The notes beneath the pieces were generated by a model that saw nothing but the letters and a program-made list of their open reading frames with translations, made no database searches and was not told where the DNA came from. The position numbers and the translations under genes were made by a program. This document shows, piece after piece, positions 47,949-56,845 of a stretch of 58,066 bases of DNA. Origin of the DNA: a virus (lineage: Duplodnaviria > Caudoviricetes); IMG/VR virus record IMGVR_UViG_3300044734_000048, positions 1 through 58,066 of that record. The stretch is one strand, 5' to 3'. Within the stretch, counting starts at the first letter, position 1. Each line of letters starts with the position of its first letter.

Positions 47949-48779
47949 TTATGCCGTCTCTCTTAAATCATCGAAGAAATCCGTTAGCTCGTTGACGAAC
48001 CTTTCTAGCTCGTCTCGACAAGACGCAAGATCGTCTCTGAAATTAAATTGCTCTTGTTGAGTCATTCCAGCGGAGAATGAAACGGCTCCGCCTTTTGTTT
48101 TAATTTGATAAATAACTTCCTGGATAGGTGATAGTTGGCTACGTTTACTAGGCTTTGGTAGTGGAGCTTTCTTAATTGATGAAATGTTTGAGCGTACTGT
48201 TTCTCTTTTCTTCTCAGGAAGAGAGTTGAGAGTCTTGGCTGTTTCGATAGCTTGCTTTTGTGGAGCGTCTTTTAGTTCTGGATAAGTTTCTACTGCTTTG
48301 ACGTGGGCTTTAGCGTTGTGAACAGTGGAGCGCGGGATGCCTACTCGCTCGGCTACCTTTTCCTCGCTGATGGCCTTCTCAGGTCTGCCGATTTTAGGGG
48401 TATCCGACTTTTCGTCAGACTTTGACGGAAATTCACTTTGGATAATCTTTTCAGCAACTTGCGTTAATCGGACTAAATTTTTAGAGACTTCAAAAGGTGT
48501 TAAATCTTTGCGCTGTAAATTCTCTTCTAATTCAATCTCGTGTCGCTCATCTTCGGTCAGATCGGAGTACGGGCGACAATCTATTTCAGTCCATCCGAGA
48601 CTTGTACAAGCGACTAGTCTTCTCTCACCTGCTACTAGATTATTTTTATCATCCACTATCAGGGGATGGAATAATCCGTACTTGGCGATGCTGGCGGCCA
48701 GAGCTTCGATATTGCCGAAGTCTTCTCTGCGGCGAGTGCCTACGTTTATATCGGAGACTGCGATTGATTGGACGTTCAC
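47949..48779 (-). CDS. ParB/Srx N-terminal domain plus HTH protein
   Basis: 'LAASIAKYGLFHPLIV..LVAGERRL..A...ELEENLQRKDL'. Confidence 0.88.
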   Translation of the reverse strand: MNVQSIAVSDINVGTRRREDFGNIEALAASIAKYGLFHPLIVDDKNNLVAGERRLVACTSLGWTEIDCRPYSDLTEDERHEIELEENLQRKDLTPFEVSKNLVRLTQVAEKIIQSEFPSKSDEKSDTPKIGRPEKAISEEKVAERVGIPRSTVHNAKAHVKAVETYPELKDAPQKQAIETAKTLNSLPEKKRETVRSNISSIKKAPLPKPSKRSQLSPIQEVIYQIKTKGGAVSFSAGMTQQEQFNFRDDLASCRDELERFVNELTDFFDDLRETA

Positions 48780-49012
48780 GCTGTTAGCCTTTCCTCGTCT
48801 TCAATGCTGGCAAAAGGGCGTCCGACCTCCGATACAGAAACGTCCAAGTATTTAGCTAACTTGATTCTGACTTCTGGATAGACGAATGGCTCACGGCGAT
48901 TAACAACTCGGCTTATGACGCCGGGCGTTGTTTTCCACTTGCGCGCCAGTTTCACAAAGTTGTCGCCGTTCTTCATTACAGAAATCTTGATGTCTAGCGG
49001 TGAAAGTGGCAT
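48776..49012 (-). CDS. Cro-like HTH protein
   Basis: AGGAG RBS; divergent from the repressor; 'LARKWKTTPGVISRVV'. Confidence 0.75.
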   Translation of the reverse strand: MPLSPLDIKISVMKNGDNFVKLARKWKTTPGVISRVVNRREPFVYPEVRIKLAKYLDVSVSEVGRPFASIEDEERLTA

Positions 49013-49053
49013 AGTCACTCCTTTATCTAGCCTGCTCTTGCAGGTGTAATCTA

Positions 49054-49083
49054 AGGATAATGCAACTAGGTTGCAATTGTCAA
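49054..49083 (-). promoter_or_regulatory. Leftward early promoter with operator
   Basis: TTGACA-N18-TATCCT; spacer holds the TGCAAC-N3-GTTGCA palindrome. Confidence 0.8.
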
Positions 49084-49095
49084 GAAGAAAATATT

Positions 49096-49938
49096 GTGTC
49101 TGAGAATTTGCCTCACAAATCAGGTAGGAAACGGCAACACAAGCCCGTATCGGAAGAGGCTGCACGGGTAGGCGCACGGATTACTCAAGCGCGCGGCAAA
49201 ACACCGCTCACGAAAGTAGAGCAGGACTTATCTATTTCGCACCAAGCTTTGTCGAAGATAGAAAGCGGTAGGTCTAACCCTAGCGATCCTAGAACCAAGC
49301 GAACGCTGATGCGTTTGGCAGAATATTATAGAGACGATTTTGATCTTGACTGGCTAACGCCCTACGCAAGCGGCAAAAAGCCAGCGCAAGATAAAAGACC
49401 AAAGGACAATCTTCTAAAGTTCCCTGACGCACAGCAGGTCAAGGCACTTCCTATTCCTATCATCGGACGGATCGCAGCCGGAGAGCCGATTGAAGCCATA
49501 GAGGAAGATAAAGATAAGGTTGTCTATATAGCCGAAACAGAGCTAGAAGGTATTAACAATCCTCGCGCGTTGCGCGTTGTAGGCGATAGCATGAAAGGTC
49601 TGTATATTTTGCACAATGACCTAGTTATCATCGGAGATAGCTCTATCTATCAAAATCGTATTGTTGCTGTGTATGTAATTGAGAACGGCAATTATTCCGG
49701 CACACTCAAGAGATGGAAGCGGAGAGGCAGAAAAGTTGAATTGCAGCCTGCTAATCCTAAATATAAATCCAAAACATTCACCTCACAGTCAAAGATAACA
49801 CTTGAGGTCTTTGGAGTAGTGTTCAAGCTACTGCGAAATTATGACTACTCAAGACCTTTAGACAGCGAGGCGTTTGGGGCGGCAGTTGGAGTACCGGGCG
49901 CAGAGGGAGCAAACGAGGATGACCTGTTTGTGGTGTAA
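49096..49938 (+). CDS. CI/LexA-type repressor (XRE HTH plus S24 peptidase)
   Basis: 'ISHQALSKIESG', Ala-Gly site 'IAAGEP', Ser 'GDSM', Lys 'TLKR'. Confidence 0.92.
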   Translation: MSENLPHKSGRKRQHKPVSEEAARVGARITQARGKTPLTKVEQDLSISHQALSKIESGRSNPSDPRTKRTLMRLAEYYRDDFDLDWLTPYASGKKPAQDKRPKDNLLKFPDAQQVKALPIPIIGRIAAGEPIEAIEEDKDKVVYIAETELEGINNPRALRVVGDSMKGLYILHNDLVIIGDSSIYQNRIVAVYVIENGNYSGTLKRWKRRGRKVELQPANPKYKSKTFTSQSKITLEVFGVVFKLLRNYDYSRPLDSEAFGAAVGVPGAEGANEDDLFVV

Positions 49939-50347
49939 TAAAGAATTAAAAGTCGGAGAGTTTGAGCGGGGGAATCTTTGTTCGGAATGTGAGCAGGTTT
50001 CTACAGGGATACCGAATTTATCAAGTGAACAGCTTGACTTGCTGCCCTTTGGGTTAATCGAACTTGATAAGACCGGAACTATTGTTGCATTCAACGAATC
50101 CGAAGAAAGGTTATCGCTCCGATCTAAAGATGAGGTTATCGGAAAGAACTTCTTTGCCGACGTAGCACCGTGCGCGGATGTGCAAGACTACAAAGGTCGG
50201 TTTGATGAATTTCTGAGAGGGTCAAAGCTATCGGAACAGTTCGATTATATTTATTACTTTGGCGCTCGTGCTGTGAAGGTTCAGCTTACTTTCCTGCGCG
50301 TCAATCAACGCCTTGCTCTTGTTTTAAGTAAAAGAAATGAACGATAA
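49919..50347 (+). CDS. pyp: Photoactive yellow protein-like PAS protein with N-terminal Cys4 motif
   Basis: 'QLDLLPFGLIELDKTGTIVAFNESE...VIGKNFFADVAPC' aligns ungapped to PYP residues 22-69. Confidence 0.88.
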   Translation: MTCLWCNKELKVGEFERGNLCSECEQVSTGIPNLSSEQLDLLPFGLIELDKTGTIVAFNESEERLSLRSKDEVIGKNFFADVAPCADVQDYKGRFDEFLRGSKLSEQFDYIYYFGARAVKVQLTFLRVNQRLALVLSKRNER

Positions 50348-50360
50348 AGGAGTCCTCACA

Positions 50361-51107
50361 ATGAAGAGATTGGTAACGCTATTTATAGCAATCTCAATCT
50401 GTAGCTTGTTCGTCTTTGCTCAAGAGCAGGAACATCCGGCAGTTGCCATTAACTTTAAGGACTTCAATAAAAAGCCGATCAACGGCACGCTTGTCAGTTT
50501 GGACTTGACGCAAATTTCAGTTGAGACGGATGATATTCACCACCTCGGACTAAAGATTGATTTACGACAAGTGGCAAGTATCATCTTCTTCGATATTCCT
50601 CTTACTCTCAAAACTGATAAGCCAATTTCCGATAGCAACTCGAAAATGGTTACTTGCGGTGCAACATCTGTAAAGAGGCCGGAACTGCGCGGGCTTAGGC
50701 TGGGGATGAGCATCAGCGACGTGAAGACGGCAAAGCCCGAACTGCGCCTCGTCATTGATGCCCCTGATAGCGTAGGCCAGCAGACCGCTTTCGTTGTAGG
50801 CGCGGAAGAAGGAGTCCGTTCACTTGATTTAGAGTTTTTAGATGGTAGCCTTACATCCATCAAAGTAACCTATGACCATTCTGTTTCGTGGAATAATGAG
50901 CAAGAATTTCTTTCACGATTAGCAGACGCTTTCGGATTGCCTACGCCCTGGAATGGCTATTTGAAGTGTGAGGGCTTGAACTTAGTTGCTGACTATAGCT
51001 ACGGGATTGCGCCGAAAATCCGCTTGTACGACCCAAACTCTAGCCAAATAATTAAGAAGCGGCGCGCGGATACTGAAGAGAAGAAACGGCGGGAATTTAA
51101 GCCTTAG
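50361..51107 (+). CDS. Secreted/periplasmic protein (possible superinfection exclusion)
   Basis: AAGGAG RBS; signal peptide ending VFA; 'LRGLRLGMSISDVK'. Confidence 0.65.
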   Translation: MKRLVTLFIAISICSLFVFAQEQEHPAVAINFKDFNKKPINGTLVSLDLTQISVETDDIHHLGLKIDLRQVASIIFFDIPLTLKTDKPISDSNSKMVTCGATSVKRPELRGLRLGMSISDVKTAKPELRLVIDAPDSVGQQTAFVVGAEEGVRSLDLEFLDGSLTSIKVTYDHSVSWNNEQEFLSRLADAFGLPTPWNGYLKCEGLNLVADYSYGIAPKIRLYDPNSSQIIKKRRADTEEKKRREFKP

Positions 51108-51199
51108 CCGCCAGCGGTTGGATTATATAAGAGAGATGCGTTCTCTAATCTTTTCTAAACCAATTCCAGATAGATAAAATCCAGAGGAAGCCTAATACA

Positions 51200-51673
51200 A
51201 TGCAAGTACTGATGTTGATCGCCGCAGTGCTTGGGCCATTGCCATCGTTAATTAAAGTGGTAAGAAGCTGGCGTGCAGAGAAGCCACTTAGAAAAGAGAA
51301 GGCAACTGTTAGGAAAACTGGTAAACGAACTTTCTTCCAAGCATACTGGTTGCAACTATTATTCATTGCCTTATCTGCCTCTTTGTTGATTTGGGAACTT
51401 TCCAGACCCGGCCTGCCTGATAAGTTCTCTGTTCTAGTCATAGTCATTAGCGTGGCCTCCATACTCTTTCAATGTGTAATTATCTTGATCTTCCAAGCGG
51501 TCGCTGCTATCCGACGCGCGCTCATTAGACAATTAGACGTAAACGATACTGTACTTATAGCCTTCAAATCAGTCTCAACAGCGATAGAAGAAATTGTTAC
51601 TCATATTCCCGATGAGCCTCAAGGCATAACCAGCAAGCTCCGATCCACTCTAAAGAATTTGCTTGGTGACTAA
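51200..51673 (+). CDS. Membrane protein
   Basis: Two to three hydrophobic segments. Confidence 0.55.
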   Translation: MQVLMLIAAVLGPLPSLIKVVRSWRAEKPLRKEKATVRKTGKRTFFQAYWLQLLFIALSASLLIWELSRPGLPDKFSVLVIVISVASILFQCVIILIFQAVAAIRRALIRQLDVNDTVLIAFKSVSTAIEEIVTHIPDEPQGITSKLRSTLKNLLGD

Positions 51674-51808
51674 AGCCCTTTCTCGCTGAATTAAAAGTTC
51701 CTCTATAGTCCGCTTCGGACTCCACATCTGCCGCGTTAGAGTTCTCGTCTTTCAAAAGCTCAATAAATCTGAGCCTCCTAATTATTTTCGCATTTTATAA
51801 AATAGTGC

Positions 51809-51837
51809 TTGCTATTGCAACCTAGTTGCATTATACT
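51809..51837 (+). promoter_or_regulatory. Rightward early promoter with operator
   Basis: TTGCTA-N17-TATACT; same 21-nt operator as 49057-49077. Confidence 0.8.
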
Positions 51838-51908
51838 GCCTTTGCACTTGCAAGAGAAAGACAGCCACTAGCAAGTAATGTTTCGCAAAAGTCTTTGCAA
51901 GAGGCCAT

Positions 51909-52151
51909 ATGACCAACATTCCACAAGAGCATCAAGGAGATGGCACCGTGACAATTATTAAGACAGATAGTCAGGATGGCACCACGCAGGAAGTTGATGT
52001 TCACCGCTTCAAAGATTCTGTCAGACCCTACTACGCCGACCCCGAGAAGGCGTTGTCAGCGTTAATGGACGGACAGACGGTGCCAACGCCCTTTGCCTAC
52101 TTTGAGATTGCCAACCACCCTGTAGTTCCCTGCAAAAGAGGCCAACAATGA
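51909..52151 (+). CDS. Early hypothetical protein
   Basis: First ORF after the promoter. Confidence 0.55.
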   Translation: MTNIPQEHQGDGTVTIIKTDSQDGTTQEVDVHRFKDSVRPYYADPEKALSALMDGQTVPTPFAYFEIANHPVVPCKRGQQ

Positions 52152-52348
52152 GCGCGAATCAACAGATAACAAAGACGGTGAAGAATGATGGCAGCGTAGC
52201 GACTATAGAAATGCGTCAGGCTGTCCGTGAACTTGAGTCTGAGCCGGGCTACTCAACCGACTTGGTCAAGACGTGGCTTAAACAGGGAATGGTACTGAGG
52301 ACAAAGGATGCAACTTATCAGCTTCAGTCTGATGAAGAAACGTTCTGA
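52148..52348 (+). CDS. Early hypothetical protein
   Basis: ATGA overlap. Confidence 0.55.
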   Translation: MSANQQITKTVKNDGSVATIEMRQAVRELESEPGYSTDLVKTWLKQGMVLRTKDATYQLQSDEETF

Positions 52349-52371
52349 AAATAACCTTTGGAGAATAAGTT

Positions 52372-52614
52372 ATGAGAGCCACTCGCCACTTACCAATCGC
52401 AACCGAGCAGAGACTTTCTGACCGCTACGCTGATCGTCGTATCTGGAACATTGATGAAGTAGGGATAGGGCAGAAGGTGGAGCAAATTGCGACGGGGCGC
52501 ATCGTGACAGTCCTGGATAAGCGACATGATTGGTTGGAAGTTAGAAGGGCAAGGGGTCAAGCGTTCATCAGAAAAGTCTCCTGCTTTGCGCGATTAGAGG
52601 CGGTGGCGGCATGA
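52372..52614 (+). CDS. Early hypothetical protein
   Basis: GGAG RBS. Confidence 0.5.
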   Translation: MRATRHLPIATEQRLSDRYADRRIWNIDEVGIGQKVEQIATGRIVTVLDKRHDWLEVRRARGQAFIRKVSCFARLEAVAA

Positions 52615-52850
52615 CGACATTAAGCCAGGCGCATTACGTCGAAATTAAATGTCCACGCTGCGAAGCATGGCTCAATTTCCTTGTCGGCGTCGAACATGAC
52701 GGAGACGAGAACGGCGTCTATTCAAACCTTGCGGCTGAGTTAGAAGCTCAGAGTTGCAACTGTGATTTAGACGACGAAGAGATCGAAGAAGCAGGGCGGA
52801 TTGCAAAGGACGAGTACGAAACACCTGAACGTCCCGCCTTTCCCGTGTAA
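52611..52850 (+). CDS. Acidic Zn-ribbon protein
   Basis: CPRC..CNC; ATGA overlap. Confidence 0.5.
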   Translation: MTTLSQAHYVEIKCPRCEAWLNFLVGVEHDGDENGVYSNLAAELEAQSCNCDLDDEEIEEAGRIAKDEYETPERPAFPV

Positions 52851-52899
52851 CGCTGGCGCGCGGCAAACGCCCTTTTCACCTGCGGAGGACTGTATAGCA

Positions 52900-53766
52900 A
52901 TGAAAACAATCACAATTAAAAATCAATCCGAACTTGATGCCCTGCCAGATCGCTTTGAAGAGTACACCGTAATTCATATTAAGGGTACACAGAGGGTGAT
53001 TGTCCGACGGGCATGGGAGAACTCGTCTGTCGTGGCACGGGGGAACTCGTCTGTCGTGGCACGGGAGAACTCGTCTGTCGAGGCATGGGAGAACTCGTCT
53101 GTCGTGGCATGGGGGAACTCGTCTGTCGTGGCATGGGGGAACTCGTCTGTCGTGGCATGGGGGAACTCGTCTGTCGTGGCACGGGGGAACTCGTCTGTCG
53201 AGGCATGGGAGAACTCGTCTGTCGAGGCATGGGGGGACTCGTCTGTCGAGGCACGGGGGAACGTTTGCGTTCGTCTCTATTCCGACGCCGCTACTGTTTT
53301 ATTGTTCGCCTTCGCCGTTTGCTTTGCGATGGTCAAAGCGAAGATTCAAAAGAAATCAAAGACCTGCACTGTGATCGTTCCCACCATCGCAGAAGGGCTA
53401 GAGGGTTGGCTAGAAAACAACGCTGTAGCACCGAGCGGTAAATCTATAATCCTCTACAAACGAGTTTCCAAAGATTTCAAAACCCAAGAAGGGGCTGAAA
53501 GAGAAACCCTGTGGGCGATTGGCGCAACACTAAAGCACCACAGCCCTGATCTTGAAAGCGCAGAATGTGGTGGCGGTAAATTTCACTTCTGCTCACGTCC
53601 CTACTTCTGCGATGAGTTTCGCTCAACCGCTGGCGATAAACACATAGCCTGCCAAGTGCCACTCAAGGCGTTGTACGCATGGCCGCGCCCGACCTATCCG
53701 CACAAGATCGGCGGCACAGAGGCGAAGGTCTTATATGTGTGTGATCGCTTCGGAAAGAAAAACTAA
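52900..53766 (+). CDS. Octapeptide-repeat phage protein
   Basis: GGAGG RBS; A(W/R)(E/G)NSSV(V/E) repeats; C-terminal 'LYKRV...ECGGGKFHFC' domain. Confidence 0.8.
   Translation: MKTITIKNQSELDALPDRFEEYTVIHIKGTQRVIVRRAWENSSVVARGNSSVVARENSSVEAWENSSVVAWGNSSVVAWGNSSVVAWGNSSVVARGNSSVEAWENSSVEAWGDSSVEARGNVCVRLYSDAATVLLFAFAVCFAMVKAKIQKKSKTCTVIVPTIAEGLEGWLENNAVAPSGKSIILYKRVSKDFKTQEGAERETLWAIGATLKHHSPDLESAECGGGKFHFCSRPYFCDEFRSTAGDKHIACQVPLKALYAWPRPTYPHKIGGTEAKVLYVCDRFGKKN
53011..53262 (+). repeat. 10.5 x 24-bp tandem repeat
   Basis: Consensus GCAYGGGRGAACTCGTCTGTCGWG. Confidence 0.97.
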
Positions 53767-53807
53767 GCCCGTACTTTTCTCCCACACTCTAAAGGAACGC
53801 TAAACAA

Positions 53808-54179
53808 ATGAGTTCTCTTTTCATCCACAAATCAGACGAGAGACTTTTCAAACTCTGGAAAGAGAGTGAACGCCGGAATCTACAATCTCGGCAAGTAGAA
53901 GAGAATACTTTTGAAGTCTCATCTTTCACAAGGAAAAGTCTCTGGCATCGTGTGGAAGTAGTAGGCGATGAAGCACGATGCTCATGTGAATCAACCGTTC
54001 CACAATGCACTCATATCTCATTAGTATTTTCTATTCTCTTCCCTGCCACTTGTTATCTAGCTTGGGTAAATCAGGAGCATGCGGAGTGGGCAGAGAAAGA
54101 GTTTAAGAAGAGGATGAAATTAACTTCCAGGCTTCGCGGGCAGTGGAAAACTTTTGGACTAGAAAAGGTAGTAGCGTAA
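53808..54179 (+). CDS. SWIM Zn-finger protein
   Basis: 'CSCESTVPQCTH'. Confidence 0.65.
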   Translation: MSSLFIHKSDERLFKLWKESERRNLQSRQVEENTFEVSSFTRKSLWHRVEVVGDEARCSCESTVPQCTHISLVFSILFPATCYLAWVNQEHAEWAEKEFKKRMKLTSRLRGQWKTFGLEKVVA

Positions 54180-54199
54180 GGGAGCAATCCGAATCTAAA

Positions 54200-54313
54200 A
54201 TGATTGAACCAACAATTAAAACAGAATCTTTGACGGTCTATCACGGCGACGCTTTTGAGGTCATACAACAACTCAGAGGTGGTCATGTAGATTGCATTAT
54301 CACAGGCCCGCCC
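54200..54313 (+). pseudogene. N-terminal fragment of an N4/N6 DNA methyltransferase
   Basis: 'VYHGDAFEVIQQL...VDCIITGPP', broken at the (D/S)PPY motif. Confidence 0.65.
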
Positions 54314-54541
54314 TTAACTCTGCTTTCCATAGTTAAGCGATTTGCAGGCAAGATAAAGCCTTTCACATTCGGCAACGTAGTCGTCCGAAAGGCAATGGAT
54401 CGGCGTGATTATTTTAGTGCCGTGCGGATTGGTAATTGTCTTGAATCCTGTTTCCTTAGTCTTATACTTTCGCCACTGAGACTTCAAAAAGCGAACCTCT
54501 TTAATTATTTCAGCCTGCCTTTTCTTTACACGCAAGAAAGG
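54314..54541 (-). pseudogene. C-terminal fragment of a LAGLIDADG-like homing endonuclease
   Basis: 'PFLRVKKRQAEI...ERLYLACKSLN' resembles LAGLIDADG C-termini. Confidence 0.5.
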
Positions 54542-55021
54542 CTATGCAGAACGTGAAGGCGCAAGAAGATTCTTTGAAGGTGGCTATTCAGATGTTTTTC
54601 CATCTCTCATTGAAATGGTGAAAGCGCGTGATCCTGAAACTTTAGCAACAGAGTTTTTTACTCAGCTTGAACGGCTGATGCCGCAGGAGTTTTGAATCTG
54701 GAACTGCGAACCGTTGAATTATTTGAAATGTTAGTTGACGCTCTCAAGTCTGATGTGGAGTGTGTGGTATGAGATGTTTTATCGGCTGGCATAAGTGGGA
54801 TTACTTCATAGCTAACGGGAATAGCGGTCTTGAGGTCGTTCGCGTCTGCTCTCGCTGCCAAGATACCCAGGCATGGTTTGCTGGAAGAAAGCGATGGAGT
54901 TTCACACTTGAGTGCGGCGACATCGTAGCTCAGTCAATCGCAAAACGGATTCTGACAAGTGGAGTACGGAAATTTTAACCATCGTAACGTCGCGTCCACC
55001 CCTACTACTTAAGGAGCAGTA

Positions 55022-55306
55022 ATGAGCGAACTATTAAATGAAAAGTTACTTGAACAGAAGATGCGGGCTATCGCAGAAGAGGTTTATCGTGAGAGCGCGT
55101 TTATACATCCGCCAGCGCCCGTTGCGAAGAAACTTCTGACGGCTCAAGAGGTCAGCGAAATCACGGGCTGGCACATCAATCACATCTACAGACTTATTCG
55201 ACAGAACCGACTACCCAAAGTGCCTAACCTGGGGCGGGTTGTTCGCTTTGACCCGGAAGTAATTGAGAAAATCAAGGAAAATGGTTTGCAAGACTTGGCG
55301 GCATGA
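55022..55306 (+). CDS. xis: Excisionase-like HTH protein
   Basis: 'LLTAQEVSEITG...IYRLI...LP...VRFDP'; directly before the integrase. Confidence 0.85.
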   Translation: MSELLNEKLLEQKMRAIAEEVYRESAFIHPPAPVAKKLLTAQEVSEITGWHINHIYRLIRQNRLPKVPNLGRVVRFDPEVIEKIKENGLQDLAA

Positions 55307-55322
55307 AAGATAATCCACGCTC

Positions 55323-56456
55323 ATGATAAAGCGTCTTGGAAAAGAGAAATACCTGGTCAGAGTGTCGCTTGGCACGATCAATGGCAAGGTCAAACTCCAC
55401 AATCGAACCATCTATGGCAAGCGCGAGGAAGCCGAATCCTATGAGCGCAAGATTATCTCCCAACGTAAACAAGGACTGCCGATCACACCAACCAAGCTAA
55501 CTCTTGAGGTTTATCTAAAAAGGTGGCTTGATAATCGCATCTCCAAGAAAGTGATTCGCCCGAACACGGCAGAAGAGTACGAGAATGTTCTAACACGTTA
55601 TGTCATTCCGCGATGCGGCTCAACTAAATTAGCTGACATCCGTTCTTCTCATGTAGAAGACGTGATGGAATCCATGACCGAGAAAGGCTTAAGTCCTAAT
55701 ACGATTCGCCATTGCGTCACGGTCTGGCACTCAGCCTTGAAACGAGCTATCAAGCAGGGATTGATTCACGCCAATCCGATAGACGCGGTAGAACTTCCGG
55801 CCAAACAGCGACCACAGGTTCGAGCGTTTAATCGAGATGAAGCATTGAAGTTTTTAGATAGCTCGCGGGAAGACCGCTACCATGTTCTTTTTAACCTTGC
55901 CCTCTATGCCGGGATGAGGCCGGAGGAATTGGTAGGACTTCAGAGAGCGAATGTTGATCTCAAGGCTTCTATTATTAAAGTCAGAACCGTTATTGTTTGG
56001 CTCAAAGGCTCTCGCTGGGAATTTTCGACACCTAAAACCAAGCGAGGCTATAGAGATATTCCCATTCCGAGATTCGTCTCTAATCTATTAAAGGAACACA
56101 TGCGCCAGCAATCGGAGCAGAGCATGAAGGTCAGGCGGTTCTACCGGGACGATCTTGACTTGGTTTTCGCAGACCGTCTTGGGCTTCCCCTCAGATATGA
56201 GCATATCAATGAAGACCACATTAACCCGATCTGCGCTCTTGCGGAACTAGGGCACGCCAGCCTCTACACCTTTCGTCACACGTTTGCCTCCCTACTGTTA
56301 GAAGCCGGAGAGAATGTCAAGGTAGTAAGTGAAATGTTGGGACATGCCAGCGTCGTTATCACAATGGATGTATATCAGCATGTCTTACCTTCTATCAGCG
56401 AAGGCGCTAGTCGTAAGCTCGAAAAACTGTTGGAAGTCTCAGCACCTTTGCACTAA
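55323..56456 (+). CDS. int: Tyrosine integrase
   Basis: GMRPEEL, K(T)K, YTFRHT, LGHAS, DVYQH. Confidence 0.96.
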   Translation: MIKRLGKEKYLVRVSLGTINGKVKLHNRTIYGKREEAESYERKIISQRKQGLPITPTKLTLEVYLKRWLDNRISKKVIRPNTAEEYENVLTRYVIPRCGSTKLADIRSSHVEDVMESMTEKGLSPNTIRHCVTVWHSALKRAIKQGLIHANPIDAVELPAKQRPQVRAFNRDEALKFLDSSREDRYHVLFNLALYAGMRPEELVGLQRANVDLKASIIKVRTVIVWLKGSRWEFSTPKTKRGYRDIPIPRFVSNLLKEHMRQQSEQSMKVRRFYRDDLDLVFADRLGLPLRYEHINEDHINPICALAELGHASLYTFRHTFASLLLEAGENVKVVSEMLGHASVVITMDVYQHVLPSISEGASRKLEKLLEVSAPLH

Positions 56457-56465
56457 TTTTGCACT
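56447..56465 (+). other. Putative integrase arm-type sites (right att region)
   Basis: TTTGCACT direct repeat with 11-bp period at the end of int. Confidence 0.45.
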
Positions 56466-56845
56466 TTCAGCAATGGGCAGCGATTAAAGAGTAATGAAAC
56501 ACAGGTTGACAACAAGGGGGCGCGCAATATTTATACTTTTCCCTGCCACACTGCTATAATGCGAGCCAGCTAAGGCCAGCCCCGCTTAAAGCCAGAATTT
56601 GATTGCAAGGAGTTTCGACCGGAGGCGCAACCCTCCCGGCGCGAGCAGGCATCAAAGCCTTGCCGCCGAAAAGATAGCCTGAAGCAATCTGCTTTGACCA
56701 AACGGCGTGCGCGCCCCTCTTGATCATTTGAAGATTTCCAGCCTTGCTCGATGCGCGGCAACGAGTAAGAGCACAAACTCCTCTTAGCGAGCGGCAACTT
56801 CTCAACCGCCCAAGTATTAACGTAAGTTTTTGGAGGCTTTTCACC

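Larger units (their letters stand above)
1..56500. mobile_element. Temperate siphovirus-like prophage (left end probably outside window; right end just after integrase)
   Basis: Complete head-tail-replication-immunity-integrase module order; composition shifts to GC-richer host-like sequence after ~56.55 kb. Confidence 0.95.

Noticed and set aside
53011-53262. CRISPR array
   Set aside because: Units are contiguous with no unique spacers, in frame within a CDS, and no cas genes are present
52979-53441. Alternative-frame repeat ORFs (MPRQTSS, WHGGTRLS, GELVCRG)
   Set aside because: By-products of a stop-free 24-bp repeat; only the 52900 frame has an RBS and flanking domains
56456-56845. tRNA/tmRNA attachment site and att core duplication
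   Set aside because: No cloverleaf recognised and no matching direct repeat found at the left of the window
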